Assembly (NCBI RefSeq): GCF_006345805.1 | Contig: NC_043006.1 | Coordinates: forward strand, 95,604,001-95,668,000 | Length of the DNA stretch: 64,000 nucleotides | Source of the DNA: Octopus sinensis | Lineage: Eukaryota | Direction of reading: 5' to 3' | In this document: positions 27,501 to 41,546 of the stretch, piece by piece | How positions within the stretch are numbered: position 1 is the first letter of the stretch | How the letters are laid out: the number at the start of each line of letters is the position of its first letter | Made by a program: the position numbers and the translations under genes | The notes under the pieces: generated by a model | Database searches by the model: none | What the model was told of the DNA's origin: nothing | The model's input: only the letters and a program-made list of their open reading frames with translations

Positions 27501-28410
27501 AGTAGCAACAACTGCAACAAACGTGTGATTAGACAGGTGCTACTGGAGAAGGAAATATCTGTTAAAGATAAAGAAAATCAGGAAGAAAATAAACAGAATG
27601 AAAGAACGAAAGAGAGAGAGAGGGGAGGAAGCGACAGAGTGAGGTAGAGAGAACGATATGAAAAATGAGAGAGAGATTTGTAGAGAGAGTCAGAAGAACG
27701 CGAGCGAAGAATGAGAAAATGGTAAGGGAAGGTTGCGAAAGGAACGGTAAGTTATGGAGGAAATCTTGCAGCATCTTTTTAGCTTAAGTAGACACTGCGG
27801 TAAAGATTGTGAGATGTCAAGGATATTGGCAAAAGTAAGTGAAATAAGATCATCATTTGTCAGGATAAATTCCATCAGGAAAGACAGAGCAGAAGTTGCT
27901 ATGAAAATCCGATTGAGAAGGGAAAATATAGAAAGAAGGTATAAGAAGAGAAGAAGGTAAAAAGAAAGGCGAACAGAAAGAAAAAGGAGAAAGAAAAAAG
28001 GAGAGATAGAGAGAGAGAGGAATTGTATAAGTTCATGTAAAGGGGATACGGGAGAGAGAGCGTAGTGAAAGGGGAGGTAACCGGTGAAGGATAGATTGAA
28101 ACATGTGGCAGATGTATTAAGTTTAAGAATAATATCGATAATGGAGAGATGAAGCAAAAGGAGGAGAAGAAGGGGAAAAAATAAAGAAATAAAAACTGAC
28201 CAACCAATATCTGGGGAGTGGAGGAGAGAGAGAGAGAGCAATCTGTGTACAAATATATAGAAACATGTATATAGACAAGATAAATATATACATAAACACA
28301 AATGCACACACAGATGCGTGTCTGTATGTGTGTGTGAGAGAGAGAGAGAGTATGTGCAATTCTTGGTTCTTTAGAGGGTGCACAAACACACACAATTCAG
28401 GGCCTTGTAA

Positions 28411-28464
<54 letters not shown>

Positions 28465-28525
28465 TATATATATTATATATATATACATATATATGCATAC
28501 GTGAATAAGTATGCGTGTGTGTATA

Positions 28526-28566
<41 letters not shown>

Positions 28567-28594
28567 TATATGTTGTGTATATTTATGTATTTCG

Positions 28595-28640
<46 letters not shown>

Positions 28641-28662
28641 TATATGTATCTATCTATCTACC

Positions 28663-28711
<49 letters not shown>

Positions 28712-29288
28712 GCATACATGAATGCAAAGAGAAAGATAGAGAGAAAGAGAAACAGATAGATAGATATAATATATATATAGATAGACAGACAGACACACAT
28801 ACAGGCAGACAGACAGACAGATAAATAGATAGATAGAGAGATAGAGAGATAGATAGATAAGTAGGTAGGTAGAGACAAAGAGTGAGAGGGAGAGAGAGAT
28901 GCATGCATACCTATATGTGTTTGTGTGAATGCGTATGAATTTATGTATGTATTTATATACATGTATACACATTTACATACACACACGCATACACACATAC
29001 ATATATACATGCATACATACACGTGCATATGTTTACACGGGAGAGAGGAAGAAGAATACACGTTGTGTGCGGGAACAGAAAGAGAAAAACTTTGATCATG
29101 CATGCATGTGACTGCGTGACTGCGTTTGTGTGTACGTTGAACACATAGAAGTGCTGTGTGCTGAGTACACCGAGCATCGTGTGTGATAGAACCATGCGGG
29201 TATCCTTCTAGAATTTCGTACGTTTATGCTCACCACACACATACACACACATATGTGTGCATATTTACATATACAAATACAAATGCAT

Positions 29289-29334
<46 letters not shown>

Positions 29335-29391
29335 CGTATATATATATAATATTTTTGTGTATTTATATGCATATATATATGTAGGTATATG

Positions 29392-29452
<61 letters not shown>

Positions 29453-29778
29453 TTCTCTTTACATTCTCTTTACATATATGTATATATAAAATATGATATA
29501 ATATAGTACATATACATATGTATATATTTTGATATATTTTTATATACAATATATCACATGCACGTATCACATTGCGAATATCTACATTAGTTGGACAGAA
29601 ACTAATATATTTTTATATACACTTTCATGCTAACGGCTACATTAGATGTGAAACCTCTAAAGAACAAGATTTGCACATGCTCTCTTTCTCTCTCTCTCTC
29701 TCACACACATACAGACACGCATCTGTGAGTGCATTTGCGTTTATGTATATATTTATCTACACTTGTTTATATATATAT

Positions 29779-29836
<58 letters not shown>

Positions 29837-29848
29837 TATATACATATA

Positions 29849-29980
29849 TATACCGGAGTAAACACATAATATGAAACAAGGTGGAAAAAAGAGTACTCAA
29901 ATACCAGGGGTAGAGTAATATGCTTTATTTAAAAGCAGCAGAAAATTTAACAAAATCTGTTACTCTGAGTTTCACGTTCC
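29849..29980 (-). mobile_element. H4 element, 5'-truncated inside the hammerhead
   Basis: Matches 30961-31080 and retains CGT-GAAA-CTCAGAG-TA-ACAG. Same 3' end (CCGGTA) against (TA)n. Confidence 0.75.
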
Positions 29981-30685
29981 CATATTTTTCATGCATCTAT
30001 TAGGTACGCGTAAGCAATGTTGCTTTCATAGTAGATGTGTGTCTTTAAATTCATGTATCCGCAGGGTACCTTTAAGCTATATTTTTGTACGGCTGACGTC
30101 AAAGAAACACGAGTATTACCGAACCGAGGCTTACCTACTCCAAAGAACCAGCGTGTGATCTGGTACGCGGTGGATTGATGCAACACAAATATTAGCTAAT
30201 TCTTGGACTTCTGTCACCATTTACTATCTTTAAAAGTGGTCGCATCCGAAGCATTTTTGCGCAAAGGACATGATTAGATTTGAGACGAATCACAAATCAG
30301 ACCATCGTTTGGTCCAGGCCCTTTCGAAGTAACTTAGCCGCTTTGCCTCTCAATCCCTGTCGACGTGTACACACCCACCCCAAATGACTAAGAAGTTTCC
30401 TGGTTCGGAAATTGAGGTGTTTCTGGTTAGCACTTCATTTAGAAATCTCAAGACGTTGGGCAGATGGCCCTTTTTCCATGGTGACTTTAAATCAAATGTC
30501 TTTATGCTCTCTTTTCTAAATAAGACCATTCGTTGAAAGATGAATGAAGAAAAAGGTCAATTTGTATTTACCGTGTGGATTGGGGCAGGCATTCCGTGCC
30601 TCCAAATAATTGTGGGCGTTTCCAAAACCAGATCTTTGTATAGTCTTTTACTGATATAACCTCTAAAGTCTCCTACACTTTTCAG

Positions 30686-30880
30686 ACTCTTTTTTACTCT
30701 TTTACTTGTTTCAGTCATTTGACTGAGGCCGCCTTTAGTCGAGCAAATCGACCCCAGGACTTATTCTTTGTAAGCCCAGTACTTATTCTATCGGTCTCTT
30801 TTTGCCGAACCGCTAAGTGACGGGGACGTAAACACACCAGCATCGGTTGTCAATCAATGCTAGGGAGACAAACACAGACA
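30686..30880 (-). mobile_element. SINE family A, 3' half
   Basis: Tail matches other A copies. Confidence 0.75.
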
Positions 30881-30909
30881 CACAACACACACACACACAC
30901 ACACACACA

Positions 30910-30960
<51 letters not shown>

Positions 30961-30963
<3 letters not shown>

Positions 30964-31223
30964 GGAGTAAACACATAATGTGAAACAAGGTGGAAAAAAG
31001 AGTACTCAAATACCAGTGTAGAGTAATATGCTTTTTTAAGCAGCAGAAAATTCAACAAAATCTGTTACTCTGAGTTTCTCGTTGCCGTTCATCAGACAGT
31101 TTTTGCTTACTCTGAGTTTCTCGTTGCCGTTCATCAGACAGTTTTTGCTAGCAAAAACTGTCTTATGAACGGCAACGAGAAACTCAGAGTAACAGATTTT
31201 GTTGAATTTTCTGCTGCTTAAAA
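30961..31223. mobile_element. Hammerhead-bearing fold-back element, family H4
   Basis: Spacer-less palindrome centred at GCT|AGC (31149/31150), with a 42-nt tandem duplication in the left arm. Bounded by (TA)n. Confidence 0.8.
31062..31099 (-). ncRNA. Minimal type I hammerhead motif (H4)
   Basis: CTGT-CTGATGA-ACG(GCAA)CGA-GAAA-CTCAGAG-TA-ACAG. Stem I extends to AAAA.CTGT/ACAG.TTTT. Stem II has a GNRA loop, with an A.A closure here but A-U in the 29.97-kb copy. Confidence 0.7.
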
Positions 31224-31269
31224 TACAGTATATATATATATTGTGTATGTTAATTAGAATGTGCTTATA

Positions 31270-31675
31270 AGGCGGCGAGCTGGCACAAACATTAGCGCAC
31301 CGGGCGAAATGCGTAGTCCGTATTTCGTCTGCCGTTACGTTCTGAGTTCAAATTCCGCCGAGGTCGACTTTGCCTTTTATCCTTTCGCGATCGATAAGTT
31401 AAGTACCAGTTACACACTGGGGTCGATGTAATCGACTTAATCCGTTTGTCTGTCCTTGTTTGTCCCCTCTGCGTTTAGCCCCTTATGGGTAGTAAATAAA
31501 CAGAAATAGGTAATTCATCTGTCCTTACGTTTTGAGTTCAAATTCTGCCGAGGTCGACTTTGCCTTTCACCCCTTTCGGGATCGATAAATTAAGTACCAG
31601 TTGCATACTTATGTCGATCTAATCGATTGGCCTTTCCCCAAAAATTTCGGGCCTTGTGCCTAAAGTAGAAAGGAA
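31270..31675 (+). mobile_element. SINE family B followed by a second partial B copy
   Basis: Full copy at 31270-31511, then TTCATCTGTCCTTACGTTTTGAGTTCAAATTC restarts the body with a different tail. Confidence 0.8.
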
Positions 31676-32299
31676 TTAGAATGTGCTATGATAGTGATCA
31701 GTGGTTGTAAAGAGGAAGACGGTAGGTGTGGCTGCCGGGTGAGATGATGTTGGTGAATTATTGCCCAAAGACATCTCCCTCATTTGTTCATATTTGCCAG
31801 TTTTTGGGAGGTTGTTTTAAAGTGTGCTTCTAGTCCATTGCTAACATTAGGGATACTTAGTTACGTTTTATGATCACTCACTTCACCACGTGACACTTCT
31901 GTATTGACCCGAGTGAGGAGGAGAGTGCCATGGAGTTCGGTGTCTTTTTGCTTACTTGTTGTTTTTAGCGGGTTTTCAGCTGTTGATTATCCGGTGAAAC
32001 TTGACAGTGTTGTGTCATCGTTTCCCATCTTGATCATGTCATTTACAATCTTTGGAGTGTTCCATTCCTAGTTGTAGGCGTTGCCCCCAATTCTGCATTT
32101 GGTATAGTAATTAGGGCTGTGGTGGTTCCATTCTGGTTCCATGCTGGTTCCCTGCTTGTTCCGTGCGGGTTCCATGTGGTGGTTCCAGTTAGTGTGGCGG
32201 TTGCTCTTGTGGTACCTCAAGTTACTAGGGATGATGTCCAAGTCATAGCGTTCAAAGTAGCGGAGACTTAGTTTCAGCTATCATTTTATATTCATTTTG

Positions 32300-32520
32300 T
32301 ATGAGAACGACTTGAGATGATTAGTGCCTCCACAGTTGTAGCACGAAAGTCTTCTATCTGCAACAACAACCAACAGATGCTGCACTGCAATGACCTCCGT
32401 TAGATCGGGAAATCTTCTCAGTGCTTCAAGCTTCACCTGAATCGGAATTGTCAAACACATCCCTGCTCAACATTCTTTTCGCACCGTTCAAAGTATCTAA
32501 TAATACGCTGCTCTTAGCGC
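32300..32520 (-). pseudogene. Degraded non-LTR retrotransposon ORF1 remnant with zinc knuckle
   Basis: Minus-strand translation gives IQVKLEALRRFPDLTEVIAVQHLLVVVADRRLSCYNCGGTNHLKSFS (Cx2Cx4Hx4[C>S]). The element may extend to ~31700. Confidence 0.45.
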
Positions 32521-32643
32521 TCCACCAAGAGTTAAGGACATACCCTATATACACATAAATACACACACACGCACACATATATGCATACGTATATTTATCT
32601 ATTTATCTGTCTGTCTGTCGCTCACTCTCCCCCTCTCTCTCTG

Positions 32644-32702
<59 letters not shown>

Positions 32703-32717
32703 TATATATATCTATAT

Positions 32718-32825
<108 letters not shown>

Positions 32826-32826
32826 T

Positions 32827-33140
32827 GTGGAGGTGCAATGGCCCAGTGGTTAAGGCTTCAAACTCGCGGTCGTAGTATCGCGGTTTCGATTCCCGGACCG
32901 GGCGTTGTGAGTGTTTATTGAGTGAAAACACCTAAAGCTCCACGACGCTCCGGCAGGGAGTGGTGATGATCTCTGCTGTACTCTTTCACCACAACTTTCT
33001 CTCACTCTTTCTTCTGTTGGCCTGCTCGCTTAGCCAGCGGGGTGGCGACATTTGAAGGCTAAAATAATGTGAAGCGCATTGTGACCAGCGATGTGTAGCA
33101 GCATTTGATGGTCTGGTCGGCCACGTGACGTCACATGATA
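32827..33140 (+). mobile_element. SINE family C
   Basis: Mirror of 16146-16451 with A/B boxes. Confidence 0.85.
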
Positions 33141-33214
33141 TATAAATATATATATACATACTTATATATGTGTTTGTGTTTGTGTTTCTGTGTGTAAGTA
33201 TATATGTATGTATT

Positions 33215-33470
33215 TGTCTCATAATCGCAAGGTTGTGAGTTCGGTAGCCTTGAGCAGGAGACATTATTTCATATCACTCCAGTTCACTCAGCTGACAAAA
33301 ATGAATATTACCTGTATTTCAGAAGGGCTAGCCCTGTCACATTCCGTGTCACACTGAAATTTCCTCAGAACTACGTTAAAAGTACCTGAGTCTGTGGGAT
33401 TCTCAGTCACGCTTACACGTTAATCCAACGAATACGCTGTTCCGTTGTAACCGACGGGGAGTGCTAGCTA
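33215..33470 (+). mobile_element. SINE with D-type core and the tail of the 14.9-kb element
   Basis: Core CTCCAGTTCACTCAGCTG. Tail GAACTACGTTAA...GCTGTTCCGTTG...GTAACCGACGG.GAGTGC is shared with 15130-15250. Confidence 0.55.
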
Positions 33471-33520
33471 CACATGTGTGTATGTGTGTGTCTGTCTGTA
33501 TGTTTATATATACACACCTT

Positions 33521-33596
33521 GTCTCTGATGACGGAATACCCAGTGTATGGGGATATTGACTCATTACCTGAGATATCCCAGAACCAGCTGTAAGTC
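33521..33596 (+). ncRNA. Decayed type I hammerhead motif (H5)
   Basis: GTCT-CTGATGA-CGG...CCA-GAAC-CAGCTG-TA-AGTC. Palindromic stem III, but GAAA>GAAC and one stem I mismatch. Confidence 0.4.
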
Positions 33597-35767
33597 ATTA
33601 ATTACTACTTCTTATTTACTGATTCACATTACTTTAATGAAATATTCTCAACTAGCTGAAAATCTCGTCATAGCCGGGCAATTTTTACAATTTAAAGTCT
33701 TATATAAATGTTTGCTTATTCCATGTCAGATCATGCTTTCCCCAACAGAAAGGTGTCTTGATCAGAACAGATTTGTGAAATTTTTCGCAAAAAAACTTCG
33801 TTGGTGATGTTTTTTCCTTTTAAAATATCTACGTATCTGTTCGACCGTTTCACATGACTTAATTCCTTAAAACTTCAGAAGTTCTTACAATTTTTTGTCG
33901 TTGTAATGCGTTTGCTTTCGTTTGTTTAATAAAAACAAATTCCTCTTCCTAATGATCTCGCTTTCATTTTGATAGACAGCTATCATGCAGAAAATGCCAG
34001 CTTCCAAATCCTCTGTTTAGGTAAAATTGATTAAACTTTAAACCTCAGTAACATTTTTCTACAATTCTTCCGAACAAGTTAATAACAAGCGCAAATTTTC
34101 AATATACCAAATTTGAAAACGTTGAGGTAATTTTAAAATTTCACAATGTGTCAGCAACAGGAAATACTCTAAAAATAAACACACAGACAATTACAGCACC
34201 TGACCCACACACGTGCGCACACGCTCACAAATATACACACACACTGAAGCACATACACACACTCGCACATTTACAAAGGTACACACAGGTAATCACGAAT
34301 TTAAAATGTTGTATGGTAGATACATGTAAGTATGCATGTACATATGTATCTATTTATATGTATGTGTGTGTCTGTCTGTCTGTGTCTTTCTGAAAAGCAG
34401 AATAGTTACTTACCCCATCTCTCCTTAAAGCTACGAATTCCTCACACCCACCTTTCTTTCACTCCCTCAGCGTTTTAAAAGTTAGTTATGTATATGTGCA
34501 TGCGTGTGTGTGTGCAGTGTATGTGTGTGTGTATGCATGTATCTATGTATTTACGAAAGTATGTATGTAGCGTCGCGTGTATATCCGTGAATGACAGCTG
34601 TATTAATGTTTTCACCCCACTGTCATTCCATATTTGTCGCTTACACAGCGCTGTTCTCACCTACACTGATATCAACCACACTCACTATGCAACCACATTT
34701 CCCTCACACAAACGCTGTTTGCACCCTTCTCATTTTAGCAAATAATTCCCCAATCCAACTAGAGGCCCATTATAGATTTTTATTGAAATCCAATTAGCTT
34801 ATAATTGATCTGGATGTTAGTTGAACATGTATGCAAAGTTTCGTCAAGATTGGTTCACTAGCATACGCAGCAAGATCGACATTTATGTATACGATGAACT
34901 GAGATGCTCGTCCTGCCTTGCTTTTATTTTCCTTTTACCTTTAATATATATCTCCTGAATCGGAATCCTACAACGGGTCTCTACCTCCAGCGTCAGCCGT
35001 GAACTTGGAACCTAACGGATGACCAATTATAACAACAACGAAACGTACCTATAGGTTTAGATCACCAGTGAACTAAACCTATCATATTTCTCATATATAT
35101 ACATACATATATTCATATAAATGCATGCAAACACATGTATATACAGACACACAAAGGCACATGTATATATACAGCCATATACACACCTGTATATATAGCT
35201 GCACATAACTCACTCTCAGTTTCACAGTAGGCATGCGTGTGAGGGAGTATGGGTGTTTGTTCTTCAATACCAGCAGCTTGCATAGGTTGACCTTGACCTT
35301 TGTAAAGTCTTTCGCATTAAGCATGAAATATAAGCTTCTCTTTTAAGGAACCTACATTAGAATGATCTATGCTCCACACACTCACATCCACAAATACATG
35401 CATACATGCACATACACATACATACATGCTCACATACATGCATGCACATGTATACACACACGCACACATGCGCGAGCAAGCACACGCACGCACACACACA
35501 CACACATACACACACACGTACACACACACGTACACACAGAAGCACTTTCCTCTATATATACATATCTAGATATAGCGATGTTAAAATTTCGAACATCTTA
35601 GCAATAAACGCACCCACGCAGAGACATACAGCATGCATATATATTTATATCTATATAGATATATATATATATATAATATATATATATTATATATACAGAA
35701 AAAACAAAGGTGTGTGTATATATATATATACGTATATCTATCTATCATCTATCTATCTATCTATCTC

Positions 35768-35839
<72 letters not shown>

Positions 35840-35956
35840 GTGAGAGAGTGTGTGACAGAGAGAGAGAGAGAGAGAGAGATAGGTACCTAGCTAGCCAGAT
35901 TGAGAAAGAGATAGATAGACATAGATATAGATATATACATAATAATGTATGTACAT

Positions 35957-35995
<39 letters not shown>

Positions 35996-36039
35996 ATTAT
36001 GCATAATGATATATATACATATATATTTATCATCATATA

Positions 36040-36082
<43 letters not shown>

Positions 36083-36853
36083 CAATTATGCATAATGATA
36101 TATATATATACATAAATATTTATCATCATATATATATATATGTGTGTGTGTGGTGTGTGTGTATGAACACATACAGACACGTAAAGATTTTCATCGAAAT
36201 AAGCCATTGAGAAGGTTGGGTTTAAATCGTATTGTCGTTTGATAAATCAGAGACTGAACGCTCGCTCGCCTGTTTACAGTCGATGTCAAAGCGGATTTAC
36301 GAATCGATGAGGTCACGTGAAACGAAGATATTTTGATTAATTGCAACAGTTCAATAAACCTACGAGCGAGAGGCGTGTATAAATTCGTACTTTGTTTTGT
36401 TCTAATGTATGACCGTGTGTGTATGTGTAAGTATACATAAGTGTACGTATGTGTGTGTGGTGTGTGTGTGTGTGTGTATTATAAATGTATATTAGTATAA
36501 ATATATATCTGAATATTTTTATATATTTATATATACTTCATTTATATGTGTTTGTGTGTGTCCCTGCTTCCTTTTCCTGAGCGCCTATTAATAATAATAC
36601 TGTAATTGTTCCATTGTTGTTGTTTTTTTGTTTCCCGTTTGGATTAAAATTATATATATATATATATATATATTTATTTATATACATACATATACATATA
36701 CTCAAACACACACATTCGTACATTATCTCTGTGTGTTAGGACTTTTTGCTTTTACTCCCCCATTGTATTCACACACGTGTGTGGGTCTGGCGTATGACCT
36801 CATGTATGCATATATAAATATATATATATATTTATATATACATACATACACAG

Positions 36854-36885
<32 letters not shown>

Positions 36886-37081
36886 GTTGTGTGTGTGTGT
36901 GTATGTGTGTGTTGTTTATATACATACATATGTGTGCTTATGTGTGTGTGAGTGTGTGTGTGCGAGTGTGTATACTTGTGTACTATTTGCTCTGCTGAAT
37001 TCAAACCGGTCACATACACATTGACAGCGATTCCTTCAAACAAGTAATTCCAAGGCTTTCGAATACGTGTAGGAGACCTTA

Positions 37082-37153
<72 letters not shown>

Positions 37154-37300
37154 ATAATATATATATATTATATATATATAGATATATATATAGGGAGAGA
37201 GAGAGAGATTATTTCAGGGATATGGCCGCTCACATAATGCATAACGCTGTATCTATCGATATACACATGTGCAAATGGTTCCGTGTTATATATATATGTA

Positions 37301-37337
<37 letters not shown>

Positions 37338-37626
37338 ACCTATGCGATATGTTCATGCTAAATTTTGCATATATTCATTCCAGGAAACTCAAATGGAAAA
37401 GTTATGGAATATTTCAAAATTTTTACTCTTCTCTTGATCAATTGGATTTGGAGGAAGCGAGACTGTGTTCTTTGATCTCTCTTAGAAATGTGTAGCATTT
37501 CCGGCGCTTATGTAAATTTAATGTTACATAGTCCAGTTCACCTGTGATAAAAGGTGCAAATGAGAATCTATAGCCAGGAGAAAACTCATGTCGATAACAA
37601 TGCATGACTTTTGTTCCAATTTATAT

Positions 37627-37657
<31 letters not shown>

Positions 37658-38826
37658 ATATATATATATATTATATATATATATATATATCTATATATAT
37701 ATATATATGTATATGTATGTATGAATATATATATATATATGAAGAGATAGATAGATAGATACGTATGTATATGCATAGATAGGTGTGATACATGTATGTA
37801 CGTATATGTATATATATATATATGTATATGCATGTATACACACACACATATATATGTATACACGCACATATCCATCTATATGCGTGTAAATACATACGCA
37901 TATTGATATTTATATATATATATATATATGCAATCTGTATATGTATATATATATATAATGTATGAATATATACATACATATGATTGTATGTGTATGTGAG
38001 TCTGTGTATGCATATGTATATATGTGTGTAAGTGTGCATGTAGGTATGTGTCGATGCACATATATATGCATATTTGTATGCTTGCAGTATATAGGTAAGT
38101 ATTGATTTATATTGAGATCATAAGTATGTAGTTGTAGCTAGAACAGCAAATTTACCTGAATATATGAGATATTGATGAATGATCGGTTTATTAACATACG
38201 GACACACATAAACATATCGACATACATAAAAAATGTCGGCACACTCTCGCAGTCCGAGAATGACGGTTGTTCAATTTCTTTCGCAGCAAACAGCACAAAT
38301 TATGTGGTTATAATGATCAAATGTACAGACTGTTCTTTAGCTCCCGCCCTTTGTCAAATCGTCGTTGCCTGAAGAGATAAACGGCGTAGCACACATCAAG
38401 CGTCGACTTGATTACAGTGTAAAGTGACATGAAGTGTTTGGCTCTAGAATACAACACACTACCCGGTCCGGAATTGAAACCATGGTTCCCTTCAGAGACC
38501 TTATTGATAAAATTTCGAAATCACGTGATAAAGCCTTGTCCAGCCATTTCTTTTTATGTGTTTCCCAGGGGAAAGATCATTTTAGTTTGCTCTGCCTGCG
38601 AAGCGGATATGTCAGAGGTTAGTGATTTTGTGGCTTTCAGAGTTAATTTTTTACACTAATTTTTAGCAATAGTTAGTGCTATTTTACATCCTTCATTTAT
38701 TAATAATTCCCTTTTCGTTTTTAATTACTAGCGTGCCACTCATATTATGTTTGATATATCTTAATATATTAATATATCATTGTATTACCTGCTTGTATTA
38801 TTATATGTATGTATATACATACATAT

Positions 38827-38892
<66 letters not shown>

Positions 38893-38999
38893 TATATATG
38901 CATATATGCAATAGTAATGAATAGAGATAAGATAATAGATAGATAGCTAGCTAGATAGACCGACAGACAAGCGAATGCATACATACATACATACATACA

Positions 39000-39033
<34 letters not shown>

Positions 39034-39153
39034 CATACATACATACATACTTTTCTAATGGAGGAGCCTTGGATCTTGGTTAGAAACCGGCTCTTTCTCT
39101 ATTGGCAAGAAATAAAACTGAATAATGACATACATACATACCTGTATGTATAC

Positions 39154-39186
<33 letters not shown>

Positions 39187-40060
39187 TGTACGTATGTATA
39201 TATGTATGTATGCATATATGTAAGTATACCTGTATGCGTATGCACATGGAATTAAAAGCCACCATTAAGTCAATCGAAGAAATTCAATAGATGCATTCCT
39301 GTCAATAAAACTTTATTATCAATATATTGATGATGAGGCGGTGCTCTAATTAAATGACGTTTACTGAAAATGACCAGAGAAGGTGCAGCGGTGGCGGCGC
39401 TGGCGGTGGTGATGCTGGTGATATTGCTGGTGCTGGTGGTGTTGGTGGGTGGTTTTGGCTGCGGTGTTGATGCTTGTAGATGTGGTTATGATGCCGTTGG
39501 TGTTGTATTTCTAAGCAATGATTTTGGTGGGTGTTGAAATTGGATCGGCCATGAGGTATATCGCTGTATAATTACAAATAGGGCTGAGAGTGTCTTCTAG
39601 CCTTCAAAGTCCTTTCACTGATTTCATGATCATTGTATTTAATATGCATATATTAAATTACTGGGTCCTTAAAATATTTTCTTTCAGCGAAATACCACAT
39701 TGTAAGAAATATCTATAGATAGGTAAAGGCACCCGATACGTGATTATGAAGCTTGATTCGCAAAGACATACTTTCTGGTTCAGTTTCGCGGTCCTACGAT
39801 AGCCCCGAGCCGACAGAAGCCTTGTGAGTGAATTTGTTATACAGAAACTGTGTGGAAACCTGTCGTATTCACATATATATTCGAGTGAATTGGTGCTTGT
39901 GCTTCTCTCTCTCCACTGCTTGATAACCGGTTTTGGTTTGTTTACATCCCTGTAATGTAGAGGCTTGGTAAAAGAGATTGCGAAAAAAATTACCATATTT
40001 AAAAAAAAAACATTGATACCGATTTATTCGACTAAATCATCCCTCCAATGACCAGGACGA

Positions 40061-40220
<160 letters not shown>

Positions 40221-40221
40221 A

Positions 40222-41356
40222 TATGTTTCTTTATTGGCCACACAGGACTGAACACAGAGGAGACAAAACAGAAAGTAGAGCTTTTCCTTTTGGGAAGGAA
40301 AGAAAAAAGGAGTAGAATTTCGATCAAAAGAGATCATGAAAAAATAAAAAAGTGGAGGAAGCCGATCAATAGGTATCGTGTATCATAGAAATGTGAAAAA
40401 TGGAAAATAGATTAGGTTTATCCGTGGAAAGAAATGCCTACGGAAAAGACCGCGGTAACCTCGGGCAATAATGTCATGCTAAAAACACATTACAGTAACT
40501 GACTATCTTTTCCTCTTTCTGTGTCTGGTTCATAGGATTATGCTGAAGGTGGCTCTGTCATTCACACGTGCCATCCTTGCTACATGTTTTTTTTAAATTC
40601 ACTAGACAAAACTTCCCTCTTTACTCTCATCTTCTTCTTCAAGTATCACCTGAAGAAGTTGATGAGAGATTGACCAGAGAGGAAAGTATTTGTCTCTAGA
40701 CCTTTCAGACTCGTCCACCATACACATTCTTTCGTCATTGCCACAAGTGCGATGGAAATGGCTCCTTCTTCCCGTTTCCTGGAAGGAGGCACGACAATAT
40801 TAACGATAGACTCGGTCGATAAATCAACTCGTCCCACACGAGATAGCAGTCGTTCGACATAGGCCCACAGGTCGGAAATGGTTGGAGACTGTACGAGGGC
40901 GTGCAGAACGGTTTCGTCGATTTGACAGCATCTCGGGTAAGTCGGCCTTGTCTTTCTCGAGTCATGCCTGTAGAGCTTATTCCGAACGGGTAGCGCTTCT
41001 CGATAGCACTGTTATGCCAGGGAGCTCTGGAAGTTGTCCATAGATCCCGGCCCGAAAGTCGTCTTGAACAGGCGGGTCAAGTATTCTTCGGCGACGCCTA
41101 GTTTCACCACGAGATCGTCGTCGTACCTCCTCTCCACTAATCCCCTATAGAATGCTTTGGTTGTGTTGCAGTCGCTCAAGGTCGACCCGGGACGGCATAG
41201 TTGCTTGAAAGCAACGCGACACTCGCAGTGCCAATCGCCCTTCCTCGGCCTCTTTTTGATCCACGACTGCATTTCGGTCATGGAGACGAGCTGCGGGAAA
41301 GCGCGCCTCACAAACGGCGACCACACCTGTTCATCGTCGTCTAAGGAGAGCCGGGG
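40222..41356 (-). mobile_element. 5'-truncated L1/Tx1-clade LINE (ORF2 C-terminus with zf-RVT-like region, plus 3' UTR)
   Basis: Minus strand ...DNFQSSLA*QCYREALPVRNKLYRH...YPRCCQIDETVLHALVQSPTISDLWAYVE...KECVWWTSLKGL...; in-frame stops. The 3' end is AATAAAGAAAC. Confidence 0.8.
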
Positions 41357-41374
41357 ATAGACAGACAGACAGAC

Positions 41375-41415
<41 letters not shown>

Positions 41416-41451
41416 TATAGATAGATAGATTGACAGACAGATAGATAGATC

Positions 41452-41546
<95 letters not shown>
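41357..41546. repeat. (GATA)n/(GACA)n microsatellite
   Basis: Directly visible. Confidence 0.95.

Noticed and set aside
27210-27647. 145-aa Asp-rich ORF (and the overlapping Met-rich ORF)
   Set aside because: Stop-free reading of a (GAT)n microsatellite, with no splice or homology support.
30135-30200. Possible minus-strand mini-exon (ITRWFFGV|GTAAGC)
   Set aside because: Good donor site but weak acceptor, and too short to support without transcripts.
34990-35085. CGGATGA...GAAACGTA plus a downstream 10-bp hairpin
   Set aside because: No pairing for stems I and II.
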